Part shown: in pieces, positions 1 to 8,290 of the stretch | Numbering within the stretch: the first letter of the stretch is position 1 | Layout of the letters: the number at the start of each line of letters is the position of its first letter | Origin: a virus | IMG/VR virus record: IMGVR_UViG_3300015371_000010 | Coordinates: 1-64,000 of that record | Length of the DNA stretch: 64,000 nt | Direction: 5' to 3' (one strand) | Translations under genes and position numbers: made by a program | The notes under the pieces: generated by a model | The model's database searches: none | What the model saw: the letters and a program-made list of their open reading frames with translations, nothing else | What the model was told of the DNA's origin: nothing

Positions 1-168
1 CGGCGCGAGCGCGGGCTGGAACGTGTCGATGCAGATTGGATCTTCATCGTCGCGAACCGCTGCGGTCTGGGGGGGCGCGACGTACGTCGGCGTGACGTAG
101 ACCACGCGCTCCCGATAGCACCCGGCGAGCGCAACCAGCGCGAGGCACGTAACGAGAGCGCGGGACAT
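1..168 (-). CDS. Putative lipoprotein, truncated by the window edge
   Basis: ATG at 168 preceded by GGAGG; translation MSRALVTCLALVALAGCYRE has a hydrophobic signal peptide and an LAG-C lipobox. Confidence 0.6.
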   Translation of the reverse strand, partial: MSRALVTCLALVALAGCYRERVVYVTPTYVAPPQTAAVRDDEDPICIDTFQPALAP

Positions 169-171
169 GAT

Positions 172-291
172 CTACCTCCGTGGTGTGCGGCGGCGCTTCT
201 CCTCCGCCTCCATGCAGTTGGCGATCCGGTTCAGGTGCCGGGCGATCTGGTTGATGTCCTGGTACATCTGCACTTCGTAGCCAGTGGGCAT
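172..291 (-). CDS. Small hypothetical protein (MPTGYEVQMY...)
   Basis: ATG at 291 with a GGGAGG SD, overlapping the upstream stop codon. Confidence 0.55.
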   Translation of the reverse strand: MPTGYEVQMYQDINQIARHLNRIANCMEAEEKRRRTPRR

Positions 292-581
292 CAGTGCCTC
301 CCGTTCTTTCCTAGTTCCCAGGCACCGGCGAGCAGCTCGGTGCCATAGGCCTTGTAGATGGGCGTTCTCGGTCTGGAGGCCCGAGCCACCCGGGCCACTG
401 CGTGGGCGTCCCGGTTGGGCACCTTGCGCTCGGTCAGGACCCGCCGCTGGTTGCGGTTCCTGATGTCGGCCTGGATGGTGCCCAGCGCTGCCTTGAAGGC
501 CAGCGCGTGCTCGGCGCACATCGGCCTGGTCTCGACCTGATCGTCGGCCTGCTTGGTACAGGTGGAGTAGAAGCAGATCAC
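291..581 (-). CDS. Hypothetical protein with Cys/His (possible Zn-binding) N-terminus
   Basis: 96 aa ORF tiled in the leftward operon; CxxxxC...CxxH. Confidence 0.55.
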   Translation of the reverse strand: MICFYSTCTKQADDQVETRPMCAEHALAFKAALGTIQADIRNRNQRRVLTERKVPNRDAHAVARVARASRPRTPIYKAYGTELLAGAWELGKNGRH

Positions 582-636
582 GGGCGAACTCCTATCGTCA
601 CGATCACCACGAACGCGGCCGTGACCAGCAGCCAGA

Positions 637-1008
637 TCACCGGCTCTCCTCCGCCCGCTTGGTCACCCGCTCGGCGTGGTGGACTACGCACAGCGTCTTG
701 ATCCAGTAGCCGCCGTCGTAGTCCGGGAACCCGTCATCCCCACACACCTCGCAGATCTTGAACGACTCGGTCTCCGCAGCGCTGATCCGAGCATGGAACT
801 GGGAGACCAGCTCCGCCGGGGTGGCGTTGGGCACGGCCGCGTAGTAGCGCAGCCCACCGAACTTCTCCTTGACCTGCTGCAGGCTGTAGTCGGGAACCAG
901 CGCGGTCAGCTCCGTCTCCAGGTCTCGGACCAGCGGTCGCCAGCCCTCCCCGACGTTGGTGATCCCGGTCATCATGTCCCGGGGCTCGACCTCCGATGGG
1001 CCGGTCAC
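637..1008 (-). CDS. Conserved phage hypothetical protein
   Basis: GEGW, QVKEKFGGLRYY and CEVCG...TLC..H motifs typical of a widespread phage family (from recall). Confidence 0.75.
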   Translation of the reverse strand: MTGPSEVEPRDMMTGITNVGEGWRPLVRDLETELTALVPDYSLQQVKEKFGGLRYYAAVPNATPAELVSQFHARISAAETESFKICEVCGDDGFPDYDGGYWIKTLCVVHHAERVTKRAEESR

Positions 1009-1256
1009 CGGACGATCACCTCCTGCTCGGAGATGACCTCGATCTTGGTGTAGCCGTGGCCGTTGCCCAGTACCTCCTGAGCCTTGGCCCAGATGGCCGG
1101 CATCACCTTGACGTGCCGTAGGTCCCCAGAGCGCTTCTGAGGCTTCTTCCGCTCCTGGGTGGGGGTTGGGTCCACCTCACCGCTGGCGACGGCCTGAACG
1201 GCCTTTTCATGCAGACTGGCGGTCTCCTGGACCGTCCTGCCCTTCTTCTGATTCAT
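1005..1256 (-). CDS. Hypothetical protein
   Basis: 83 aa; GAAGGAATGAG SD upstream; 4-nt overlap with the next gene. Confidence 0.65.
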   Translation of the reverse strand: MNQKKGRTVQETASLHEKAVQAVASGEVDPTPTQERKKPQKRSGDLRHVKVMPAIWAKAQEVLGNGHGYTKIEVISEQEVIVR

Positions 1257-1458
1257 CTGATCTCATTCCTTCCATCAGAGCCATCAGCTCTGCAGGTTCC
1301 TTCAGTACCGGACCCTCGATGCACCAGGGCCCGTCCGGAGTGCGGTGCCGGCTGATCGGCCGGCCCGAGGTCATGTAGACATCAGACCCGCAGGTCTCGC
1401 ATGCGACGTACCAGCCCACATCAGTCCTCGGAGCCGTTCTTCTCCCCGAACTCCTCAT
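1207..1458 (-). CDS. Possible small Zn-ribbon protein (start uncertain)
   Basis: CETCGS...H...C; fills the gap between two leftward genes but overlaps both. Confidence 0.4.
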   Translation of the reverse strand: MRSSGRRTAPRTDVGWYVACETCGSDVYMTSGRPISRHRTPDGPWCIEGPVLKEPAELMALMEGMRSDESEEGQDGPGDRQSA

Positions 1459-1882
1459 CCGGGTCGACCATGTCCGGGTCGTCCAGGACCATCCTGGAGA
1501 ACTCCTCGTAGTGCGCGTACCGCGCCTTGAACCGCTTCCACTCCCGGAACATCTGCCGCAGCATGATGTTGCGCGAGATCGGGTCGACGATGACCTCTTC
1601 GATCGGTACGTACTGGCTCTCTGAGTCCTTCTCGGTCCCCTTGATCACCCAGAAGTGCCTCAGGTTAGCCACCTCTCCGCTCTCGGCGGTCTGCCGAAAC
1701 GTGACTCGCAGCAGCTGTGCCGCCTGGGCCAGCCGGTACTTCTCGGCCGCCACCGAGTCGTCCCACTCGAACTTGTCGTGCAGCGGGTGCTCCGGGTCCG
1801 TCGCCTCGGCCAGCACGATGGCCGGCGTCAGCTTGCCCCGCTCCTCTCGGATCCTGAGGAGCTCTGTCTTCAGATCACTCAT
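1421..1882 (-). CDS. Conserved phage protein; putative accessory protein of the RAMP/array locus
   Basis: 153 aa; GKLTP...ATDPEHPLHDKFEWDDSVAAEKYRLAQA motif; strong SD (GAAAGGAATGAG); begins right where the array ends. Confidence 0.8.
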   Translation of the reverse strand: MSDLKTELLRIREERGKLTPAIVLAEATDPEHPLHDKFEWDDSVAAEKYRLAQAAQLLRVTFRQTAESGEVANLRHFWVIKGTEKDSESQYVPIEEVIVDPISRNIMLRQMFREWKRFKARYAHYEEFSRMVLDDPDMVDPDEEFGEKNGSED

Positions 1883-1900
1883 CTCATTCCTTTCATGTGT

Positions 1901-4673
1901 GTGGCCACGCTGGACCTAGCCCTACCAACCCAGATGCGGCCTTGCCTTGCCTGCCATGCCATCCGTTCCCTGTCCCGACGACCCAAGTCCTGCTTGCCAT
2001 GCCTGCCAGGCCTAGCGGGACCGCGAGCACCTGGCCTTGCCTGCCAAGATCCGCCCCGACTACCCATGAGTCGCTTTACCAAGAACGCCTTGCCTGCCCT
2101 GCCGAGTACGCCTAGCCCGGGCTTGCCCATCGAGCCGTTCCTTGCCTGCCCCGTCTTGCCCCCACAAGCCAAGACCCAGACGGCCATGCCTGCCCTGTCT
2201 TGCCGTGACGAATCCGCCAAGCCCACCATCCGAGCTGCACCATGCCTGCCATGCCCCGTCGTCCTCGACGCACCGATCGACCGCGCCGACCACGTCCCGC
2301 CTAAACCAGCCTGCCGCGCCGGGTCGTGCCGTGATTGCCTTGCCACGACCGGCAGAGCCTGCCGCGCCGGATTCAGCCATCCCCGCCGTGTCAAACTCAC
2401 CACGCCTGCCCTGTGCTGCCCTGTACTGCCTTGGCACACCTACCCAAGCCAGGGAGCACCCTGCCTGCCAGGCCAACCCAGCCTTGAACGCCGCAGTAAG
2501 CCTTGCCGCTCAGCGCCTGCCCAACCGGGACTCGCCTTGCGCCGACCAATGGGACACGCGATGCCATGCCTGCCGAGACTTGCCTTGCACTCCAAGACGG
2601 GCCTGGACTACCCAGTGATGACCTGCCGACGGCCACCTCGACGAGCCATGCCTGCCCTGCCCCGGTTCCCAAGCACCGCTGCACCGGGCCGTGACGTGAA
2701 TGCCATGCCTGCCATGCCTGGCCAAGTCCGGCGATCCCGCGCCTAGTCGCAGATAGCCCTGTGATGCCCCGCCTGCCGTGCCTGGCCTCGACTCAATGGG
2801 ACTGACCGAGACCGAATCGCCCAGCCTGCCGTGCCTGGACATGCGCGTGCCCACCCAGACCCAACGAGCCTGCCTCGCCAAGCCTTGGCATGACCGGATC
2901 CCGTACCGGGCCTGCCTCGCCCTGCCTGGTCTGGACTTGAGTTACCTCGTCACACCAGGTGTTGCCCCGCCTGCCATGCCGACCAAGCCGAGCGGTGCCA
3001 TCCCTCTGGACCACCCGTGCCTTGCCTGCCGTGACCGGAGAGACCTCGCCACGCCGTCCGCACGCCCTACCTACTCGGGCCCTGCCAACGGTGCCATGCC
3101 TGCCACGTACTGCCGGAGAGCGCCGTCCAAACCAAGACCGTCCATGCCTGCCACGCCGGACACTGTCACACACGCCAAGACCAGCAATCCAAGCCCATCC
3201 ATGCCTGCCGGGCCGGGCCGCGCCGTCCCCGACGCTGACAAGAAGTACCTAACCCTGATACGCCATGTGATGCCTGGCCTGCCGTGATCGGCCATGCCAC
3301 CCAACTGCCCCGTTATCCGAGCCCTGGCACACCTGCCATGACTCACCACGCCCAGCACCGTTGAGCCAACCGAACCCAACCTCGCCTGCCGCACCTAGTC
3401 GGGCCTCGCCGTCGGTAGCCAAGCCGGGACTGCCATGTCCTGCCGGAGCAAGACCTGATCTGCCTGGCCTGCCGCACCAGAACGAACCACACCTATCGGA
3501 GCCAAGGTGCCCATCCGAACCGCGCCTGCCCAGCCATGACCGTCGAACCTCACCGAGCCACGGGGCGCCTGCCGAGACAAGACACACCGATGCCCAACTT
3601 GTCCGGCCGTGCCAAGCCTGCCTCGTCGTACCACACCGGGTCGGACCGGCCCAAGCTACGCAGTGCCATGTGACGCCTTGCCTGCCACACCGCCCAAGCC
3701 AAGTCCTGGTGAGCCATGCCTGCCGTGCTCCGCCATGCCTAGTAGTGCCGGAACCGGCCACCCGAGCCACTTGACCCTGCCTGCCCTGTCCCGCCCACCC
3801 TAGACACTGACAGCCTTGTTCTGCCCTGCCTGCCGCGCTCCGCCATGCCGCTGCGAAACCGACCTAGCCGCGCCATCGGCCGCCCCGCCTAGCCTGCCGC
3901 GCTTCGCCATCCGGACCACGGATACCCTGCCGGTCCTTGCCTAACCTGCCACGCAGCCAAGCCGTGATTGCCTTACCCGAGCTAGCCGCGCCTGCCACGT
4001 GGGGCCACGTACCGACTTGTCCCGTGATGCCTGGTCTTGCCTAGCCTGCCATGCCCCGAGACGCCGAGCGCTGAATGACGGGTCATCCATGCCTAGCCTG
4101 CCTGACCATGCCGATCCGGACCGTCCCTGGCCGAACCTGCCTAACCATGCCGAGACCGACCCGACCATGAACGGTCGAACCCTGCCTGCCAGGTCAGGCC
4201 CAACCACGCTCCGCCTCACCGTGCCGGGCGAAGACAGCCGTGCCTGCCGTGCCGTGCCTAGCCGGGCCTAGCCAAGGGCCGCCTTGCCTGCCCCGCCGAC
4301 CAAGCCTTGCCAAGCGTCACCAAGCCGGGCCTGCCGAGCACTGCCTAGAATGCCGCGTCGCCCATGACCAGACCCGCTGAGCCTGCCCAGCCATGCCAGG
4401 CCTCGCCTTGCCGCGCCGTGCCTAGCCGGGCCTAGCCTGCCCTGCCGTGCGATGACGCCCTCGCCGGGACGACCCAGAGGATGCCTTGCCGCGCCTGCCA
4501 AGCCCATCCAAGCAGCACTTACCCGGCCGCGCCCCGTGGGACCGCGTCGAGGACCCGGGGGCAGGTGGGTTCCCTGGCCGTCCTGCCCCCGGGTGGTTCT
4601 TGCCTGCCCCGCCGCGCCATGTTCAAGCCATAACGTTCCTGGCCCTACCAAGCGCCGCCACGACATGCCTGCC
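1901..4673 (-). repeat. Non-coding array of ~50 units: GGCAGGC handle + (NN-GGY)n pentamers; candidate guide-RNA array
   Basis: Manual count: 47 exact GCCTGCC (+ strand; 1949, 2001, 2039 ... 4602, 4667) plus 4 ACCTGCC variants, mostly 42-65 nt apart. A 5-nt NN-RCC period lies between them, e.g. 4381-4441 gcctgcc cagcc atgcc aggcc tcgcc ttgcc gcgcc gtgcc tagcc gggcc ta gcctgcc. No credible ORF. Confidence 0.9.
4553..4594. other. Perfect 13-bp hairpin inside the array
   Basis: ACCCGGGGGCAGG (4553-4565) / CCTGCCCCCGGGT (4582-4594), 16-nt loop. Confidence 0.8.
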
Positions 4674-5440
4674 TAGCTGATGACCTCGACTTGCTTGGCC
4701 GGATTGATGCAATAGGTGCCGTATTCGCCGCGCCTCTCCGGACGCCACTCACCGACACCCACACCGAGGCCGCCGGCCTCGATGAGACTGAGGACCGAAT
4801 CCCTGGTCAACATTGACTTGACGTAGGTGACATCCAACGTGGTCTCCCACTCCTGCCAGCAGGGCCGGTAGCGGAGGTCGGTGCCACCGTTTCCAACCCT
4901 GACCACGTCCTCGCGCATCTCCGGCGTGCCTGAGATGCGAGCCAGCATCATCCCCTCGCCCTTGGAGAACTCGCCACCAATGAAAACCGTCTGGCGCAGA
5001 CCAACCATCGTCACCGACTTGCCGAAGAACCTGGCGGCGGAGACGGTGGCGGACTTGAAGGCGATGGCCGGGATGCCATAGCCCCCGTCGTCGAGCCGGT
5101 AGGCCGCTGCCTCGTACTCGGCCTCTGGGTTCTTGGGCTCCTTGGGGGACTTGCGTCCCTGCATCGCGTCCAGCATCTGCCTCTTCGCCTTCTCGCTGAA
5201 CTTGTGCGTGATCAGCGGGGAGGTGCCGAGCAGTGGAACGCGCACCGTCTCGGTGGCGATCTTGGAGATGACGATCTGACCCTCGGGCATCGTGTGCTCG
5301 GTGGTCTGCGGCTTCTTCAGGGGCGTCGTCGTCACCCCGTTGCCCGACGGCCTGGTCACCGCCGTGGCCTTGGCGGCCTTGGTGGCCTTCTTGACTGCCT
5401 TCTTTGCCGCCTTCTTGGCCGGCATCGCATCTACTGACAT
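4673..5440 (-). CDS. Stand-alone RAMP (Cas7/Csm3-like) protein with Lys/Ala-rich N-terminal tail
   Basis: RAMP-like motif order: VRVPLLGTSPLITH (beta1), YGIPAIAFKSAT (IPxSxxKG-like), DLRYRP.W..W, C-terminal Gly-rich loop GLGVGVGEWRPERRGEYGTY; SD GAAAGGA upstream. Confidence 0.75.
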   Translation of the reverse strand: MSVDAMPAKKAAKKAVKKATKAAKATAVTRPSGNGVTTTPLKKPQTTEHTMPEGQIVISKIATETVRVPLLGTSPLITHKFSEKAKRQMLDAMQGRKSPKEPKNPEAEYEAAAYRLDDGGYGIPAIAFKSATVSAARFFGKSVTMVGLRQTVFIGGEFSKGEGMMLARISGTPEMREDVVRVGNGGTDLRYRPCWQEWETTLDVTYVKSMLTRDSVLSLIEAGGLGVGVGEWRPERRGEYGTYCINPAKQVEVIS

Positions 5441-5465
5441 GATGGTGGTTCATTCCTTTCATGAG

Positions 5466-5506
5466 CAGGGGCCCGGGAACTCATCTCCCGGGCCCCTGTG
5501 CTTTTT
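5466..5506 (+). terminator. 13-bp hairpin with T-tract on the + strand, just upstream of the RAMP gene SD
   Basis: CAGGGGCCCGGGA-actcatc-TCCCGGGCCCCTG followed by tgcttttt. Confidence 0.6.
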
Positions 5507-5722
5507 CTAGTGCCAGGACAGGACAAGCATTCCGCCGCTGTCCCAGGCGGTCGTGGAGGTGGCCAGCGCCTTCTCGATGGCTGGCAACCTGAACGGTGGG
5601 ATGTTGCGGTGGCCGATCTCCCAGGCACTGACGACCTGGGCTGAGACCCCCATCTCCTCGGCCAGCTGTGACTGGCTCATCCCAGCCTCGTGTCGCCGGC
5701 TCTTGAGCTCCTCACCGGTCAT
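5507..5722 (-). CDS. XRE/Cro-family HTH regulator
   Basis: LKSRRHEAGMSQSQLAEEMGVSAQVVSAWEIG; ATG at 5722 with GAAAGGA SD. Confidence 0.85.
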   Translation of the reverse strand: MTGEELKSRRHEAGMSQSQLAEEMGVSAQVVSAWEIGHRNIPPFRLPAIEKALATSTTAWDSGGMLVLSWH

Positions 5723-5750
5723 GTGTGTCCTTTCGTCGTTTGTCACTGCG

Positions 5751-5972
5751 TCAATCCCTCGCTCGGTGGTACGTCTCCACAACGGCCAGAACCGTGGTGA
5801 TCCACTGAGCAGCATGCAGGTCCACCGGCCAGACGACCCGTCGATCGGTGAACGTCATGATGAAGCCGTACTGACCGACCACGCGCTTGACCGTCTCCTC
5901 GGGGAGGTGGTCAGGAACGTCGATCGACCATTGCGGCACTGATCCGTCGTCGAGCTCAAGCAACGTGGTCAC
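5751..5972 (-). CDS. Hypothetical protein
   Basis: 73 aa, tiled in the operon. Confidence 0.55.
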   Translation of the reverse strand: MTTLLELDDGSVPQWSIDVPDHLPEETVKRVVGQYGFIMTFTDRRVVWPVDLHAAQWITTVLAVVETYHRARD

Positions 5973-6213
5973 ACTCGAACACGCCGGAGTGGATCAGGTG
6001 CACAGACTCGCCGTCCTTGGTGATCTCCAGCACGACCTTGCGGACGTGCAGAGACTCGGCCAGCTGACCGATCGGCTCGATGGCCTCGGCCAGCATCTTG
6101 CTGTACTCCTCGGTCGCGTCTCCCACGGTGGAGTGGTGATGCGTGAACTCGACCTCGTTGCAGTAGGTGATGGTGACGGTGATGACGCTGCCGTCCACTG
6201 CGGTGATGGTCAA
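5956..6213 (-). CDS. Hypothetical protein
   Basis: 85 aa; TTG start after the ACATCACAT-GAGAGGA motif. Confidence 0.6.
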   Translation of the reverse strand: MTITAVDGSVITVTITYCNEVEFTHHHSTVGDATEEYSKMLAEAIEPIGQLAESLHVRKVVLEITKDGESVHLIHSGVFECDHVA

Positions 6214-6362
6214 CGGATGATTCCTCTCATGTGATGTGCTCTCTTCCTGCTCAGGGTGCGGGTCACCCTCCAGACACGCACGCCGATCGACCCCCCGGAA
6301 GATGACGTGCGCGCTGGGCTATGACCCCCGACCCCCCGGAGGAGGGCCACAGCGGTCTGTGG

Positions 6363-6734
6363 CTACCTCACCCGATCGGGATGGTGGTAGGGCCGCTGTT
6401 TGAGCGACGCGCCCTTGCGGGCTGGATGTGAGCACTTGTAGATCCACTGCATGTGGAGCACGACCTCATCATCATCGTGCCGACACTTGTGGACGGTGAT
6501 TCTGGCCAGGTGCGACCAGTCGGGGAAGAGCGAGAGCCAATCTTGTGGATCTTGGTTCTTCTTGAAGTGGCCGACTTCGCGACCGCTCATACCGATCAAT
6601 GTCAACGCGGCTGCGGCCTGGTTCGCCGCTGCCTTGTTCGCCATGAAGGTGCCGTCATCGAACTTCACGATGTGGATCGTGCCGGTGCAGTCCTCCAGAA
6701 CCAACTCGGCATAGTCAAAACCCTTCTTGCTCAT
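6363..6734 (-). CDS. Hypothetical protein
   Basis: ATG at 6734 with GAAGGG SD. Confidence 0.55.
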   Translation of the reverse strand: MSKKGFDYAELVLEDCTGTIHIVKFDDGTFMANKAAANQAAAALTLIGMSGREVGHFKKNQDPQDWLSLFPDWSHLARITVHKCRHDDDEVVLHMQWIYKCSHPARKGASLKQRPYHHPDRVR

Positions 6735-6867
6735 GGAACCCTTCCGTTTGGTGCTGACCTGACCATGACTTGACCAGGGGTAATCCTCGCCTCCGAGGAT
6801 CACGTGTGTGTGATGAGCATGATGAGACTGGCGAGCGACACGACCACCAGCGCCCCGATGGCGGCGA

Positions 6868-7266
6868 TCACTGGGCCGCCGCCAGGGCCGGGATCGAGTG
6901 CGTCGTCCAGATCACAACGCGCTCGGCCACCTTGGGGTCACGGGCGTCCAGGTCCTGGTGCCACTCGATGGGCGCGATGTTGTGGGTGACGAAGTGCGCG
7001 AACTGCTCCGGCAGGTCCAAGAAGGCGTACTCCTGGTAGCCGTCGGAGAGCATGCACTCCGCGATGATCCGGGCGTCCTGCTCGGTGACCTGGCTGCGCT
7101 CGACCTCGAAGTAGATCGGGCCGTCCTGGCCGAACGGCTCCTGGAGGATGCCGGGCAGCGGGCCGTTGATGTCGGCCGGGTGGAAGATGTGGAACCGGAA
7201 GGTGGCCGGGTCGTCGTAGCGACGCAGGCCGACGACGAACTCCGGGTAGATGACGATCTCGTCCAT
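6868..7266 (-). CDS. Hypothetical protein
   Basis: 132 aa, strong GC3 bias, preceded by the ACATCACATAGGA motif. Confidence 0.75.
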   Translation of the reverse strand: MDEIVIYPEFVVGLRRYDDPATFRFHIFHPADINGPLPGILQEPFGQDGPIYFEVERSQVTEQDARIIAECMLSDGYQEYAFLDLPEQFAHFVTHNIAPIEWHQDLDARDPKVAERVVIWTTHSIPALAAAQ

Positions 7267-7300
7267 GGTGGGAACCCATTCCTATGTGATGTGGACATGC

Positions 7301-7332
7301 GAAAGGCCCCATAGCCGAGTTGCTATGGGGCC
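7301..7332 (-). terminator. Intrinsic terminator-like hairpin
   Basis: GGCCCCATAGC/GCTATGGGGCC 11-bp stem followed by TTTC on the minus strand. Confidence 0.6.
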
Positions 7333-7350
7333 GGGTACTGCAGAGGGCGC

Positions 7351-7494
7351 CTAGCGACGCTTGTACTTCCGGGAGGTGACGAGGTTCCAGTAGAGCCCCT
7401 TCAGCTCCCGGACGATCAGGGCTGCGGCCACGAAGCAGCTGAAGTCCAGCAGCCCGCGTGCCGCGGCGGCGAGGTACCACTTCAGGTACCTCAT
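7351..7494 (-). CDS. Small membrane protein (MRYLKWYL...)
   Basis: ATGA overlap with the upstream gene; hydrophobic stretch. Confidence 0.5.
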   Translation of the reverse strand: MRYLKWYLAAAARGLLDFSCFVAAALIVRELKGLYWNLVTSRKYKRR

Positions 7495-7784
7495 CGCTGG
7501 CCTGTGGCCTTGTCTGCCTGCATGATGCCGATCCCGGCCATGACGCCGGTCAGGACCAGTGCCAGCACGCAGATACCGATGGAGGTGAGAAGCCAGATCC
7601 CACCATCGAGGTTGTCCAGGACCTGGTTGAAGAGCCAGCCGCAACCCATCCAGGCTGCGAACCCGCCCCATCCGAACCAGCGCCAGAAGACCTTTGTCCA
7701 GCTGGCCTCTTCGGGGGTCAGAGTGAGGTTCGGTCGGGGTCCAGGTCGCTCGACCAGGTACACCGGCTTGGGCTTGTGAGTCAT
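7491..7784 (-). CDS. Membrane protein (2 TM)
   Basis: ATG at 7784 after the ACATCACATAGATAGGA motif; two hydrophobic segments. Confidence 0.65.
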   Translation of the reverse strand: MTHKPKPVYLVERPGPRPNLTLTPEEASWTKVFWRWFGWGGFAAWMGCGWLFNQVLDNLDGGIWLLTSIGICVLALVLTGVMAGIGIMQADKATGQR

Positions 7785-7846
7785 GCCATTCCTATCTATG
7801 TGATGTCGAGATCTGGCCCCGTGCCCTGATCTCAGATGTGCTGGGA

Positions 7847-8191
7847 TCAGATCGCGACGTAGCGAGTCATGGCGAGGTGCTGGGTGCCGTCGTACTTGAC
7901 CCGGAAGGCCACCATGACGACCTTGCCCGAGTGCGGGCGGCAGTCGTTGTAGGCGTACATCGCGTAGCGGGTGCCCTCGTAGCTGTCGTTGATGTGGAAC
8001 CACGGGTGCGCGTGGGTCGCGGCGTTGACCTGCTTGGTGGTCATGCCGAGCCGCAGATTCGCCTTCTCCGACATGCTGATGCAGTCGTAGTTGCTGGCCG
8101 CCTGGGCCTCGGGTGCGGTGACCGCCAGGGTGCCGGCGCTGATCGCGGTGATGGCAGCCACGCTGGCCGTGGCCTTGATGATGATGTTCAT
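7847..8191 (-). CDS. Secreted hypothetical protein
   Basis: Signal peptide ending in AQA; SD AGAAGGA. Confidence 0.75.
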   Translation of the reverse strand: MNIIIKATASVAAITAISAGTLAVTAPEAQAASNYDCISMSEKANLRLGMTTKQVNAATHAHPWFHINDSYEGTRYAMYAYNDCRPHSGKVVMVAFRVKYDGTQHLAMTRYVAI

Positions 8192-8221
8192 GTCATTCCT
8201 TCTGATGTGATGTGGACAAGC

Positions 8222-8253
8222 AAAAAGGCCCCCTGCCGAAGCAGAGGGCCTTT
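8222..8253 (-). terminator. Intrinsic terminator with cUUCGg tetraloop
   Basis: Minus strand AAAGGCCCTCTGC-TTCG-GCAGGGGGCC-TTTTT. Confidence 0.75.
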
Positions 8254-8290
8254 CGCCTGTATCAGGGCATGCTTACGCCCTGACCCCTTA

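Noticed and set aside
1901-4673. Canonical CRISPR array
   Set aside because: The constant element is only 7 nt, the intervening segments are internally periodic rather than foreign spacers, and there is no cas1/cas2
1901-4673. Simple microsatellite or assembly artefact
   Set aside because: Units are nearly all different, show a two-level grammar, and are bounded exactly by a stop codon and an SD
1655-4680. Many overlapping ORFs in the array region (e.g. 1655-2746 +, 1879-2439 -, 3249-3770 -)
   Set aside because: They are translations of the GCCTGCC/NN-GCC periodicity (MPA, CLP, RQA repeats), with no SD or consistent frame; the 5-nt period is incompatible with coding
6255-6360. Imperfect long hairpin in an intergenic gap as an ncRNA
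   Set aside because: Pairing is short and interrupted, and is expected by chance at this GC content; no recognisable family
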